Source: Treponema sp. (GTDB taxonomy: Bacteria; Spirochaetota; Spirochaetia; Treponematales; Treponemataceae). Taken from it: DNA of 64,000 nucleotides. This document shows positions 56,301 to 64,000 of this stretch, in pieces. A model generated the notes under the pieces. The model had not been told where the DNA came from, did no database searches, and was given only the letters and a program-made list of their open reading frames with translations. A program made the translations under genes and the position numbers. The stretch spans positions 7,690-71,689 of the forward strand of contig NZ_JAFRNB010000128.1 of assembly GCF_017430385.1 (NCBI RefSeq). The letters are read 5' to 3'. The first letter of the stretch is position 1. Each line of letters starts with the position of its first letter.

Positions 56301-56702
56301 TATCTCCTTTGAAACCTCACCACTGCTGTATGCAACTCCACTGACCTTGGCAGTAAGTGTGAATTTCCATGTTTCAGTATTTGATTCTGTCTGGAGTTCT
56401 ATCTGTTTTGCACTCATTTCTAGGAGTGTGTCAGCTTTTGAAAGGACTTGTGTTTCTCCGTTGCCACGCTTGCCTGTGAGAACCAAATTAGAGATTTCAA
56501 CTTTTGGAAGAAGTGTTCGTGAGCCTGAATCTGTATTTTCGACATTTACCCGTATGTACGCCCGCTCTGATTTTGACTCTTCTGCCGTTAAGACTGCCTT
56601 GAATTCTTCTTCCCTGTCAGCAATGTTGCTGCAGGAGATTATGAGAGGGGCAAAAGCTAATGCAGCTAATGTAAGAATTTTTCTTATTGTTATCATTTTC
56701 AT
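53397..56702 (-). CDS. Surface lipoprotein with InlB-B-type repeat, BspA-type LRRs and GLUG-like beta-helix
   Basis: Lipobox LIISC; TFSGWYT...LTLYAKW; F.DC..L.S(I/V).LP LRR_5 units; FSGTLDGDGHKI and GGI.G...NC.N.G repeats. Confidence 0.88.
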   Translation of the reverse strand: MKMITIRKILTLAALAFAPLIISCSNIADREEEFKAVLTAEESKSERAYIRVNVENTDSGSRTLLPKVEISNLVLTGKRGNGETQVLSKADTLLEMSAKQIELQTESNTETWKFTLTAKVSGVAYSSGEVSKEIKSGGENPLSFTLEPADGATTGTLDFSLTFTGTEGVDYEVIVNGLPLPDTQKSGDTIIWKESGLTPGTHALKIEFRAKNANNSSAPLSEVLNTYKNVFRIEKGITTKAEVTNFNLNQVYSITYDGYEPTTNADVPVADALDPTDSVMTLKFSRKAGAGTDGYITLPKLSNSSMTFSGWYTSADFAEASKVPESGTAPNTVQKIKVRENLKDLTLYAKWMFSSNGTVYTLADYNFSFALKNQDDSDATVIYPGQEAVFVINPTITKKGTAIPLTITENGKTLIEEKEVTWTASLLNDAIIVADGIAVTANSSTGKISLTVPAQTYRDNYILKITSTYLGLSHDAYFSINISKNAINAAFYINSLTEAGEYTVEVEGAVGPGTEEGLAKVASAIKSRSSNVFINLDAINTSRLSDIATYNNGAYFKDCTQLKSIILPDWMQYVIPNLFKDCTNLTSVTLSKNTQWICTNAFNGCVKLASITIPAGITGSGEHYGIQAGAFTDCNSGFTITYQGTKEQWGKVRRPDNSTSATKWHDGTLEDGDTDGSVACTNGKCGFDYEPIYPVSSLTEAPTSGTYTLSTLDELKQIRTWVGTAPRSTLENVTFKLTDDIDTQGEQITIGYFQYSSFGSNTEYAFSGTLDGDGHKITNTIPETSSNYKYSALFYYVKGGTIKNLTVAGTSNRGSIIGILKEGTVENCVSETNITISSSDSINSTGEVYVGGIVSSINRPSNGSSVIKNCVNKGNITIDRGGSIRAGGIAGDCWDSSIIIDRCINKGNISVSKPIYGLGGIVGQLCEYTAISNCKNVGTITTTTSANSVGGIAGYLNNGNDASATNKMVLNCCNNGDVNSGSESSGLFGNLSKKPHLKNNCNSGTSYYGFSSKIADSFSSIEWITNNYCMDGSYTSGNIVNYSGSVTIGSQNVTTSSDSQTTKNSLNNWASTNSSDSLQFASWKLNAVGKPELDLGELDNK

Positions 56703-56710
56703 TGCGGCTC

Positions 56711-58864
56711 CTAATTTTTTGTAATCTGAGCGTGGTAAGAGTATGTCTTACTGTCTTTTACAGCTTCCAGATAAATGTCGTAAGTGCCTTTTGTCCAGCT
56801 TGTTGTGTCAATGACAAGCGTATCTGTTATTCCAGTCTGTGCTGTGCCATCAACCGTCCAATTATAAGTTGAGCAGCCAGTTGTGGTTAATTTGAATGTG
56901 ACTTCGTTTCCGCTGCTTGTCTGCGTTACTTCAATATCTTCTTCCTGCTGTATGACGGTGATTGTAATGTTTCGCTTTACCCTTTCGATGAGGGTTCCGT
57001 CGCTCAGAACAAGCCATACGCTGTCAGTGTTATTCTGTTTTACCTTAATCTTTTCGTAGTTTGCCGCAAGATATTCGCTGTCCGCTACGACCTTTGCTCC
57101 GTTTGCATAAGTTTCCGGCGTGATTGTCGCTGCCGTTTCCTGCTTGAGGTTGCCTGTAATCTTGAGTGTTCCGCCACTTACAAGGTTTACTTCCGTAATC
57201 TGGGCGTTAGATTCGATTCCAAGACTTGTGCCTTGTACGGTTGCCGTTGTGATTACAGCATCTTCTGAGACTGTGATGTTGTTTGCAGTCTTTGCCGTGA
57301 GGTTTGTAACCTTGACAGCCTTGATTGTTACAGGAATTCCACTTGTAAGGCTGAATGTGCCGAGCGTGTCCGAAGATGGAGAGTTTGCGCTTGTGATTAT
57401 GAGTCCTGAAGCTGCTATTGAATCTGTGTTTTCCTCTCCTGTGACATTTCCCTGAATCATGAGAGTGTATTCTACGCTGTCATCGTTGCGCTTGTTGATG
57501 TCGGCGATTGCCTTATGGATTGTCTTGTAAGGCAGTGCGTCCGTTCCGTCGGCTTCCGTGTCCTCATCGCTTCCGTTTTCGCCGATGAAGAGACATGAGT
57601 CGAGTACGCGGATATAGCTGATTGCCTTTGCTGATTTTTCATAGTTTGTCTTTGTTGCATAAGTTTCCAGATACCATGATCCGACTTCAAGTTCCAGTGT
57701 CAGGCTGCCTGAGAAAGTTCCGGTCTTGACGAGTTTTGCGACTTTCGGGGTTCCATTGTAGAGCGTGTAATGAACTTCAAGTCCGTCCGAAGAAACCGCT
57801 CCTCCGAGGTTGTCCGCAGTCGGGGCTGTGACAGTCACCGTCGTGTATTCTTTTCCGCTCAAAAGAGGAAGTGACTTTGGCTTGTATTCATTTGTTACGC
57901 TGTTGTAGTCCGTGTCATATTTTGATTCGATTGATTTCCCTGACACATTCGTGATGGTAGGGGAGTTGAGTTTTGTGATTTTCGTGCTTGCAAGTGATGT
58001 CGAGGAAAGTCCCGCCTTGTCTGCAAGTATAATTGAATATTCCTTGTCACCTTCGACGAAAGGCTCGCCCGTGGTGTAGTAAACCGAGCGGTCATTGTAC
58101 GTGAATGTTTTTCCACCGATTGCGATGAGTGTTTTCTGGGTTGTTGAGAAAGCAGAATCTGAGAAACTGAAATTTCCGTCCGCATCCACGGAAACAGGAT
58201 AAGATTGCCCGTTTACGCTGATTGAAGTCAAATCTTTGTGCCGAAGAGCAAGCTCCGCCTGGGAAGGCATGTCGAATGCAACTACAAATGTCGTGTTTGA
58301 TTCGTTCAGAACAGTCGGATTGTTAAGCTCAGGCGGCTTTGTGTTGCTGAAAAGACTGAAACTGTAGTCTCCGAAATTTCGTCCGCTCCGTGGCTCAGTC
58401 AGATGGACTGTCGGACTGATTTCCTTTCCTTCGTCAGCATCGACCAAAAATGTGACAGGCATAGTAAGCTTAAGGGTGTCGTTTGTGTCCTGCTCGATTG
58501 TAACGGCTGACAAATCGATTTCTGAGTCAAGTGCCGGAAAAGTTACGGTTGTGTCGAGCTTGTACCGCTGCGGATTTCGCATGAAAAGGGTAACTGTACC
58601 GTCTTCCATTGAGCTTATGCAGAGGTGGAGACTTCCGTCATTGTATGTCGGAACGAGAATCTGGTGCTGCATGACTGCCGCGCTTTCCGTGTATTCCTTG
58701 AAGAATTCCTTTGCCGGGTCGTTGAAAGTAGGCTCGAGAACATTTTCAAAATCACATGCAGGAAGAATAAAAGGAAGAAAAAGCGTTAATTTCAGTGCGA
58801 GAAAATTTAATTTGACAGATTTGTCAGATCTTTCTGCATTTTTTCTGAATTTCTCTAAAAACAT
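56711..58864 (-). CDS. Surface lipoprotein (Ig-like plus beta-helix-cap domains)
   Basis: AGGAGG RBS; lipobox ILPAC; DGTDALPYKTIHKAI motif; ATITP.TY motif shared with 50387..53386; C-terminal Ig-like domain. Confidence 0.8.
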   Translation of the reverse strand: MFLEKFRKNAERSDKSVKLNFLALKLTLFLPFILPACDFENVLEPTFNDPAKEFFKEYTESAAVMQHQILVPTYNDGSLHLCISSMEDGTVTLFMRNPQRYKLDTTVTFPALDSEIDLSAVTIEQDTNDTLKLTMPVTFLVDADEGKEISPTVHLTEPRSGRNFGDYSFSLFSNTKPPELNNPTVLNESNTTFVVAFDMPSQAELALRHKDLTSISVNGQSYPVSVDADGNFSFSDSAFSTTQKTLIAIGGKTFTYNDRSVYYTTGEPFVEGDKEYSIILADKAGLSSTSLASTKITKLNSPTITNVSGKSIESKYDTDYNSVTNEYKPKSLPLLSGKEYTTVTVTAPTADNLGGAVSSDGLEVHYTLYNGTPKVAKLVKTGTFSGSLTLELEVGSWYLETYATKTNYEKSAKAISYIRVLDSCLFIGENGSDEDTEADGTDALPYKTIHKAIADINKRNDDSVEYTLMIQGNVTGEENTDSIAASGLIITSANSPSSDTLGTFSLTSGIPVTIKAVKVTNLTAKTANNITVSEDAVITTATVQGTSLGIESNAQITEVNLVSGGTLKITGNLKQETAATITPETYANGAKVVADSEYLAANYEKIKVKQNNTDSVWLVLSDGTLIERVKRNITITVIQQEEDIEVTQTSSGNEVTFKLTTTGCSTYNWTVDGTAQTGITDTLVIDTTSWTKGTYDIYLEAVKDSKTYSYHAQITKN

Positions 58865-58873
58865 TTTAACCTC

Positions 58874-60175
58874 CTAGAACTGCCAGCCCACGCCAAGTGA
58901 AGGCTGAACCATGCCAAGAATCATGTCTTTGTTCATTGTGAAGATATAATCTGCCGCAATCTCCGTGTAAAGCCGCTTGTTTATGTAAAACTGAACGCTC
59001 AGGCCTGCATCTGCCGAAGGTGAAAGAGTGTTGAGCGCAGGTGACTGCATGTTGTGCGGGAAGTGGAAGATGATGTTGTTGAAGTAGGTGACTCCTGCTC
59101 CGGCGTGAATTTCTGCCACAACGCGTCTTCGGAACATTGGCAGCTGGTAGATGAAAAGGAAATGCCCTGTGCCCAAATTTCCGTCAATCGTGTAAGTGTC
59201 TTCCTTATACTCAAGCCGTGAATAGCTTGCCCTGAGACCTATTCCGAGGTAGCCCCAGTTGCGCTTGAACGGCATGAAGCTGATTTTTGCCTGACCGCTT
59301 AAAGGATAGATTTTTGATCCGAGATATGTCGGAAGCGTTTCATCGTGAAGGACATAAGGGCATGTGTAGCCGGCCTGAATGTCCAAATCCATCCATTTCT
59401 TGAATTTGACCGTGAATTCTGAGTCTGAGCTTGCCTCTGAGTGGAGGCCTGAAGCGTCCTGTGCGAAGAAATCGTATCTTCCGACCTCAAGTTTTTTCAT
59501 GTCGAAGCGGAATTTGATTTTTCGGTTCCTGAGTTCGTCGATGCTTAAAACTTCTTCCGGGTAAATCGTGCGCGAGCCCTTGAGGAAGTATTTTGTGTGG
59601 ACGATAGCCTTGTCTTCCGGGTCCGGCATGAAAAGGTTACGGCCTTCGACTTCAATGATTCCGTCGTTGTCCAGATCGTCGAGGTAAATCGTGCTCCTCA
59701 TGTAAAGAGGGTAGCTTACGCTGCGGATTTCCGGCTTGTATGCCTGGCGGACCGTGAATTCGTCGTGGCTTGTCAGGCTTTGCTCCAGTTTGCCTAAGAT
59801 ATTGTAAACCTTGATTTCCGAGCGGTACTGGCCGACCGGAAGAACCGGATCAATGTAGATGATGCAGGATTTTGTTTCCTCTTCGTTGGTTTCATGGAAG
59901 AAATATGGAAGATAATGTTCCGCTCCCTCATCGAACCGTTCGATTATGATTTCATATTTGAGGACATCGCCTGCACTTACCCATGAAAAAGGCTGCTTTA
60001 CTTCGTTTGCCTGTGCCGTATCGCTCTGGGAATTTCCAATGTCTCCGATTCCAAAATCCTGCTCAAGACCAATTGTAAAATTCTGTTTTTTCTTTCCCCA
60101 CGCCCATGAGAATGGGATGGAAATTGTAAAAATAAGGACAATCACAGAAAATTTGAGCATAATCCTACTGAGCAT
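58874..60175 (-). CDS. Exported protein with C-terminal predicted outer-membrane beta-barrel
   Basis: Signal peptide; two beta-sandwich-like segments; last ~170 aa are amphipathic strands ending SLGVGWQF (terminal Phe, BAM-type signal). Confidence 0.75.
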   Translation of the reverse strand: MLSRIMLKFSVIVLIFTISIPFSWAWGKKKQNFTIGLEQDFGIGDIGNSQSDTAQANEVKQPFSWVSAGDVLKYEIIIERFDEGAEHYLPYFFHETNEEETKSCIIYIDPVLPVGQYRSEIKVYNILGKLEQSLTSHDEFTVRQAYKPEIRSVSYPLYMRSTIYLDDLDNDGIIEVEGRNLFMPDPEDKAIVHTKYFLKGSRTIYPEEVLSIDELRNRKIKFRFDMKKLEVGRYDFFAQDASGLHSEASSDSEFTVKFKKWMDLDIQAGYTCPYVLHDETLPTYLGSKIYPLSGQAKISFMPFKRNWGYLGIGLRASYSRLEYKEDTYTIDGNLGTGHFLFIYQLPMFRRRVVAEIHAGAGVTYFNNIIFHFPHNMQSPALNTLSPSADAGLSVQFYINKRLYTEIAADYIFTMNKDMILGMVQPSLGVGWQF

Positions 60176-62927
60176 AGAAATCTCCATTCCGCTTTCGAGA
60201 TGCACCGGTTGAATTCAATGTGTAGTCAATCGTGAACCTGTTTTCGGCAGGAATTCCGTCAATCAGGATGCGTTTTTTGTCATCTGTCATTCTTACTGCC
60301 CATACTTTCCATGAGAAGTTTCCTTTGTCCAGAATAGTTAAGTCTCTGAGGACGAATTTAGTGTTTTCGTTGCCGTCAAGAACTTCCCTTACAAGCCGTT
60401 TGTTTTTCTCAGTGTAAAGTTCAAAAATGTAGCTTTGTGCGCGGGAAACCTTGTTCCATGAGAAGTCAATCTCGTGGTTGTTTCTGAGATATTCGGCGTT
60501 GAAAACAGTCCCACCCTCAGTTTTTGCATTTTGCGGCATGTCGAACGGCGGAATAGGCTCAATCGTAAAGTAAGATGGTTTTACGGCTGAAATATCAAGT
60601 TCGTCCATCGTGTAGGCGTTTACAGTCCATTCATAAGTTCCGCTTGAAAGCTGTGGAAGACGGCATGAATAGCCTGTCTGCCTGAGCACGATTGGCTCGG
60701 CGTTTTTGTCACCGGTCTTCGTGATGACGATGTTTGCCTTGGAGAATTTTTCGGCAGACTGCCACTTGAAGTACGGCGGATTTTCGATTGCATCCCAGCC
60801 TGAGATTGATGCGCTGTTTGAAGGTGAAACAAGCACTACCGGGCGGATTTTTCGCAATACGAAGTATGCGCTTGCAAGTTTACTGCTTCGGCGGGAAGCT
60901 GATTCCGTCTCGTAAGAATATGACTGCAATTCCCAGCGGTAAGAGCCTTCCTCAAAATCGTCCATTGCGACTGAGAAATTCGTTGCCGTTATGAAATTTT
61001 CGTCCAGAATCGGAGTATCGCTCTGTCCCTTGAAGAGTTTGAGCCTGTAATAGTCGGCATTTTCGGCTTCATCCCATGTAAATTCATATTCTTCTGCCGG
61101 TCGCACGACTGCCTTGTAAGATTCGGAAGGCTTTATCTGGTGCGGCTGAGGAAGTTCAGGCACGATATGAATCTGTTTGCCAGGAGTTGAATTCTTGAAA
61201 TTTCCTTCCTGTGTGCTGATTCGCCACCAGTAAGTTCCTTCTTCAAGCTGTGCTCCGCTGAATGAAGTGTTGTTTGTCTCCGAGTCAAATATGATGTTGC
61301 TGAAGTTGCTGTCCTTCGCAATCTGAATGTGCTGCGTGAAAGTGAGGTTTGTCTTCCATGTAAAGCGTGTGTCGCCTGTGAGCGGCTGCCAGATTGAGTA
61401 GCCGTCTGGCGGGAAGATTGTCCTCTGCTCGATTTTGCCGTTGATTGCATAGAAAGAGCGGATTTCAGATGTTGCGGATTCATTTCCTTCGCTGTCAATC
61501 TGTGTGACTGCCCAGAAATATTCGCCGTCCTTGAGGCTTGAGACATCGGAACCCTTGAATGTGATGAAGTTTTCTGCTGTTTCGCGGGTGAAAGTAGGGA
61601 AGTTGAGGCTCTTCATCGCTGAGACAGTGACTTTGTAAGAACTTGCTTCGTTTTCCATGCCCCACGAGAGCGTGAGAGAATTCTTTGATTTGTTTACGAA
61701 TTCGCCGTTGCCAGGTGTGTAAAGTACCGGCGGTTTAAGCTCGCCCTGCCTGTTTACGGTGAATGTTCCGATTTCTGAAGGATTTGCAAGTCCTGTCCTG
61801 TTAATCATGTAATATGGAGTGACCTGCCACCAGTAAGTTCCTTCCGGAAGGGTAGAGATAATCATTGATGAAGAAGAACTTCGCTGCTCGATGACAGGAT
61901 TTTTCATGTCAGGGCTTTTTGAGATTACGAAGTTGTATGCGCTTGCTGTATCAGACTCAGTCCAGATGAAGCGGATTGATGGAGTCTTCTTTCGGTAATG
62001 ATATGAGTAGTCCGTGGCCGGTGCGAGAAGATTTGGCTTCAATGCCTGAATGACCTGCAGTTTGCCCGAACTTTTTGCCTTTTCGTCTTTTTCGGAAGAA
62101 AGAAGCCAGTAATATGTTCCTTTTTTGAGATTGACCGTGGTTTTGTTAAGCCCGCTGACATCAAATTCTTCGGTTACGGAACGGAAATCCCTGTCTGAGG
62201 CAATTTTGAGCGTGAGATTTTCATTGTCCTTGCCGTTCCATTCAAAATTGACCGGATATGATTCATCATCAAAATAGAGAATTTTCTGATCGGGCAACGG
62301 GCTTGTGACTGAGAGCAAGGCTTCGGTTTCGCCGCTTTCGTTTACGAGAAATTTTTTGCCCTCTGTGAAAGTTGAGCCGTCGGCGAGCGAGGCCGTACCT
62401 TTCTGAACAGTGAGGTTGATGTTTTCGCTTTCCTCGGTTTTCTGTGCGGAAATTTTTGTTCCGGCCTTAACATTGACCTTTACATTTGATGCCGTGAGAG
62501 TGAGTCCTGCTCCATTTTCGCTAGAATCAACTGTCGCGATACCTTTTTCAAGTTCTGCACCGAGAGAGCCGTCCGTGTGCCGGAAGACCTGAGCCATTGT
62601 GTTTTCTGCAAGGTCAAGCACTGTTCCGTCATCGAACCAGACTGTTGCTTCTGAAAGGTTAGCCGTGTGAATCGTGTCGCCGTTGTATACGGGGGAGTGC
62701 TGACGGAGTCTGTCCCATACAACTCGGTCGAGGAATTTTCGCTGTGCTGTCTTATATTTGAATGTAATCGTCGCGATCGGAGCTTCGTTGAATTTCTCAA
62801 GCGCACGGAAAAAGCTCTGGTAAAAGAGCAGGAAGTTTATGCCTGCGCACAAGAGACAAACAAAAATCGAAATCCAGAACGGAACGGCTAAATCATTTCT
62901 TAACCTGAATTTTGTTCTCTTCTTCAT
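60165..62927 (-). CDS. Membrane-anchored FecR-domain protein with ~7 Ig/FN3-like repeats
   Basis: N-terminal TM; W..L...SPVYNGDTIHTANLSEATVWFDDGTVLDLAENT (FecR); repeats ending GTYYW, GTYWW, GEYFW, GTYWW, GSYRW, GTYEW, GNFSW. Confidence 0.85.
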   Translation of the reverse strand: MKKRTKFRLRNDLAVPFWISIFVCLLCAGINFLLFYQSFFRALEKFNEAPIATITFKYKTAQRKFLDRVVWDRLRQHSPVYNGDTIHTANLSEATVWFDDGTVLDLAENTMAQVFRHTDGSLGAELEKGIATVDSSENGAGLTLTASNVKVNVKAGTKISAQKTEESENINLTVQKGTASLADGSTFTEGKKFLVNESGETEALLSVTSPLPDQKILYFDDESYPVNFEWNGKDNENLTLKIASDRDFRSVTEEFDVSGLNKTTVNLKKGTYYWLLSSEKDEKAKSSGKLQVIQALKPNLLAPATDYSYHYRKKTPSIRFIWTESDTASAYNFVISKSPDMKNPVIEQRSSSSSMIISTLPEGTYWWQVTPYYMINRTGLANPSEIGTFTVNRQGELKPPVLYTPGNGEFVNKSKNSLTLSWGMENEASSYKVTVSAMKSLNFPTFTRETAENFITFKGSDVSSLKDGEYFWAVTQIDSEGNESATSEIRSFYAINGKIEQRTIFPPDGYSIWQPLTGDTRFTWKTNLTFTQHIQIAKDSNFSNIIFDSETNNTSFSGAQLEEGTYWWRISTQEGNFKNSTPGKQIHIVPELPQPHQIKPSESYKAVVRPAEEYEFTWDEAENADYYRLKLFKGQSDTPILDENFITATNFSVAMDDFEEGSYRWELQSYSYETESASRRSSKLASAYFVLRKIRPVVLVSPSNSASISGWDAIENPPYFKWQSAEKFSKANIVITKTGDKNAEPIVLRQTGYSCRLPQLSSGTYEWTVNAYTMDELDISAVKPSYFTIEPIPPFDMPQNAKTEGGTVFNAEYLRNNHEIDFSWNKVSRAQSYIFELYTEKNKRLVREVLDGNENTKFVLRDLTILDKGNFSWKVWAVRMTDDKKRILIDGIPAENRFTIDYTLNSTGASRKRNGDFYAQ

Positions 62928-64000
62928 TCAAGTTCACCGATTCAAATTCTGGGATTGGGATTCCAAGCAAGTTCCTTACTTCGTTCAAAGTTTTTGGGCC
63001 TGTAGGGCCTACGCAACGCGCACAGCTAGCGTCAAGTTTAAACTCTTTGTCCGATGTCTTGAAAAATGCTTCTATGTCGAAACGCGGCATGTTGACTACG
63101 CCGTAGAAATGCTGCGCTCCTTTGCCTTTTACTTCAAATTCAACAGGAATCATCTCAACAACGATTTCGTTAGCTTCATTCTCCTTAGGAAGCTTGAAGT
63201 TGTTTTCCTCGCACTTGATGTAATCCTTTTTGAGAAGGTTGTAAGTGTCCTGCGTGATAAGAATGTCAGTGCCGCAAGGCTTGTTTGAGCTTTCGGTTCG
63301 GCTCGCGAAGTTTACGCTGTCACCGATAGCCGTGTATTCCATCTTGTCTTCGCTGCCCATGATACCGCAGGTTGCTCGTCCTGTGTTGATACCGCAGCCG
63401 ATTCGGATGTGCGGCTTGTATTTTGCCTTTGCCTCGTGCTCGTGTGCCTTTGTGAATGCCTCCGCATCCTTGTTGTACTGCATGAGGGCGTAACGCATGG
63501 CGATTGTGCCGCGGATTGCGCTGACTGCATCCTGTTTTACATGGAGTGTGTGAAGCTCTTCCTTCTGTTTTTTGCTTGGGTCAGAGTCCGGGAGAAGCTC
63601 GAAGCTCAAATCCTCGTCGCGAAGGATGCCCCAGACCGCCATGATTGCATCACCTTCAAATTTGTCGATTGTGCCGCCTGAAATTGTTACGCAGTTTACC
63701 ATGCGGCTCATGTAGTCGTTCAAGAAGCCGATGATTTCGCGCGGACTTTCTTCACCGAAGCGGTTTTTGAATCCGTCTGAGATCGCTGTGAATCCTCGGA
63801 TGTCCGAGAAGAAGATGCTTACATCCTTAAGGTGCGGCTCGAAGTCGATTTCCTTTCGGGCGATTGCCTTTGCGACTCCACGGTTTGTGAAGCGGGCGAA
63901 TGTGTTCAAGAATTCCTGCTCGTCCTGGGTTGATTTGTTCAATACGCCGATTTCGTCACGCCTTTTTGTGTTGAGGGCTGCGATGATTGCCGTGTTGAAG
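62893..64000 (-). CDS. HAMP-containing class III adenylate cyclase (3' part; start lies beyond the window)
   Basis: Frame stays open to the window edge (FNTAIIAALNTKRRDEIGVLN, HAMP signature); FSDIRGFT, DKFEGDA, EYTAIGDSVNFASRTES. Confidence 0.92.
   Translation of the reverse strand, partial: FNTAIIAALNTKRRDEIGVLNKSTQDEQEFLNTFARFTNRGVAKAIARKEIDFEPHLKDVSIFFSDIRGFTAISDGFKNRFGEESPREIIGFLNDYMSRMVNCVTISGGTIDKFEGDAIMAVWGILRDEDLSFELLPDSDPSKKQKEELHTLHVKQDAVSAIRGTIAMRYALMQYNKDAEAFTKAHEHEAKAKYKPHIRIGCGINTGRATCGIMGSEDKMEYTAIGDSVNFASRTESSNKPCGTDILITQDTYNLLKKDYIKCEENNFKLPKENEANEIVVEMIPVEFEVKGKGAQHFYGVVNMPRFDIEAFFKTSDKEFKLDASCARCVGPTGPKTLNEVRNLLGIPIPEFESVNLNEEENKIQVKK

Noticed and set aside
50387-58864. 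Diversity-generating retroelement targets or shufflon among the surface lipoproteins
   Set aside because: No reverse transcriptase, template/variable repeat pair, recombinase or inversion sites seen by eye in this window.

Overview
A 64-kb window from a spirochaete, most likely a host-associated (rumen/gut-type) Treponema. This is inferred from the spirochaetal lipoboxes, the short SMC and the gene content. Housekeeping and metabolic genes are an NSS transporter (partial), a GH94 phosphorylase, TrpB2, an AI-2E transporter, serS, smc, a DEAD-box helicase, a GT4, an RsbU/V/W-type module, mutL and xseB. The striking content is three class III nucleotide cyclases with adenylyl-type specificity residues. 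One is a Bacteroidetes-HTCS-style propeller/Y_Y_Y sensor fused to a cyclase, divergent from the GH94. The other two sit in convergent envelope gene clusters that share one logic: cyclase + FecR-like protein + predicted small outer-membrane beta-barrel(s) + large surface lipoprotein(s). The left cluster also has an active/dead pair of barrel-fused transglutaminase-like cysteine proteases next to a 3301-aa Ig-repeat protein with both a lipobox and a C-terminal transmembrane anchor. I propose this is a cAMP-linked trans-envelope signalling and adhesin display/release system (hypothesis). Other observations: an Rpn nuclease with an internal RBS+ATG (intragenic antitoxin-like), a covarying three-hairpin GGA-loop repeat family, a 79-bp tandem repeat, a 22-bp-periodic foldback element, and many apparently leaderless genes. 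No rRNA, tRNA or CRISPR array was seen. All domain calls come from motif reading, not database searches.
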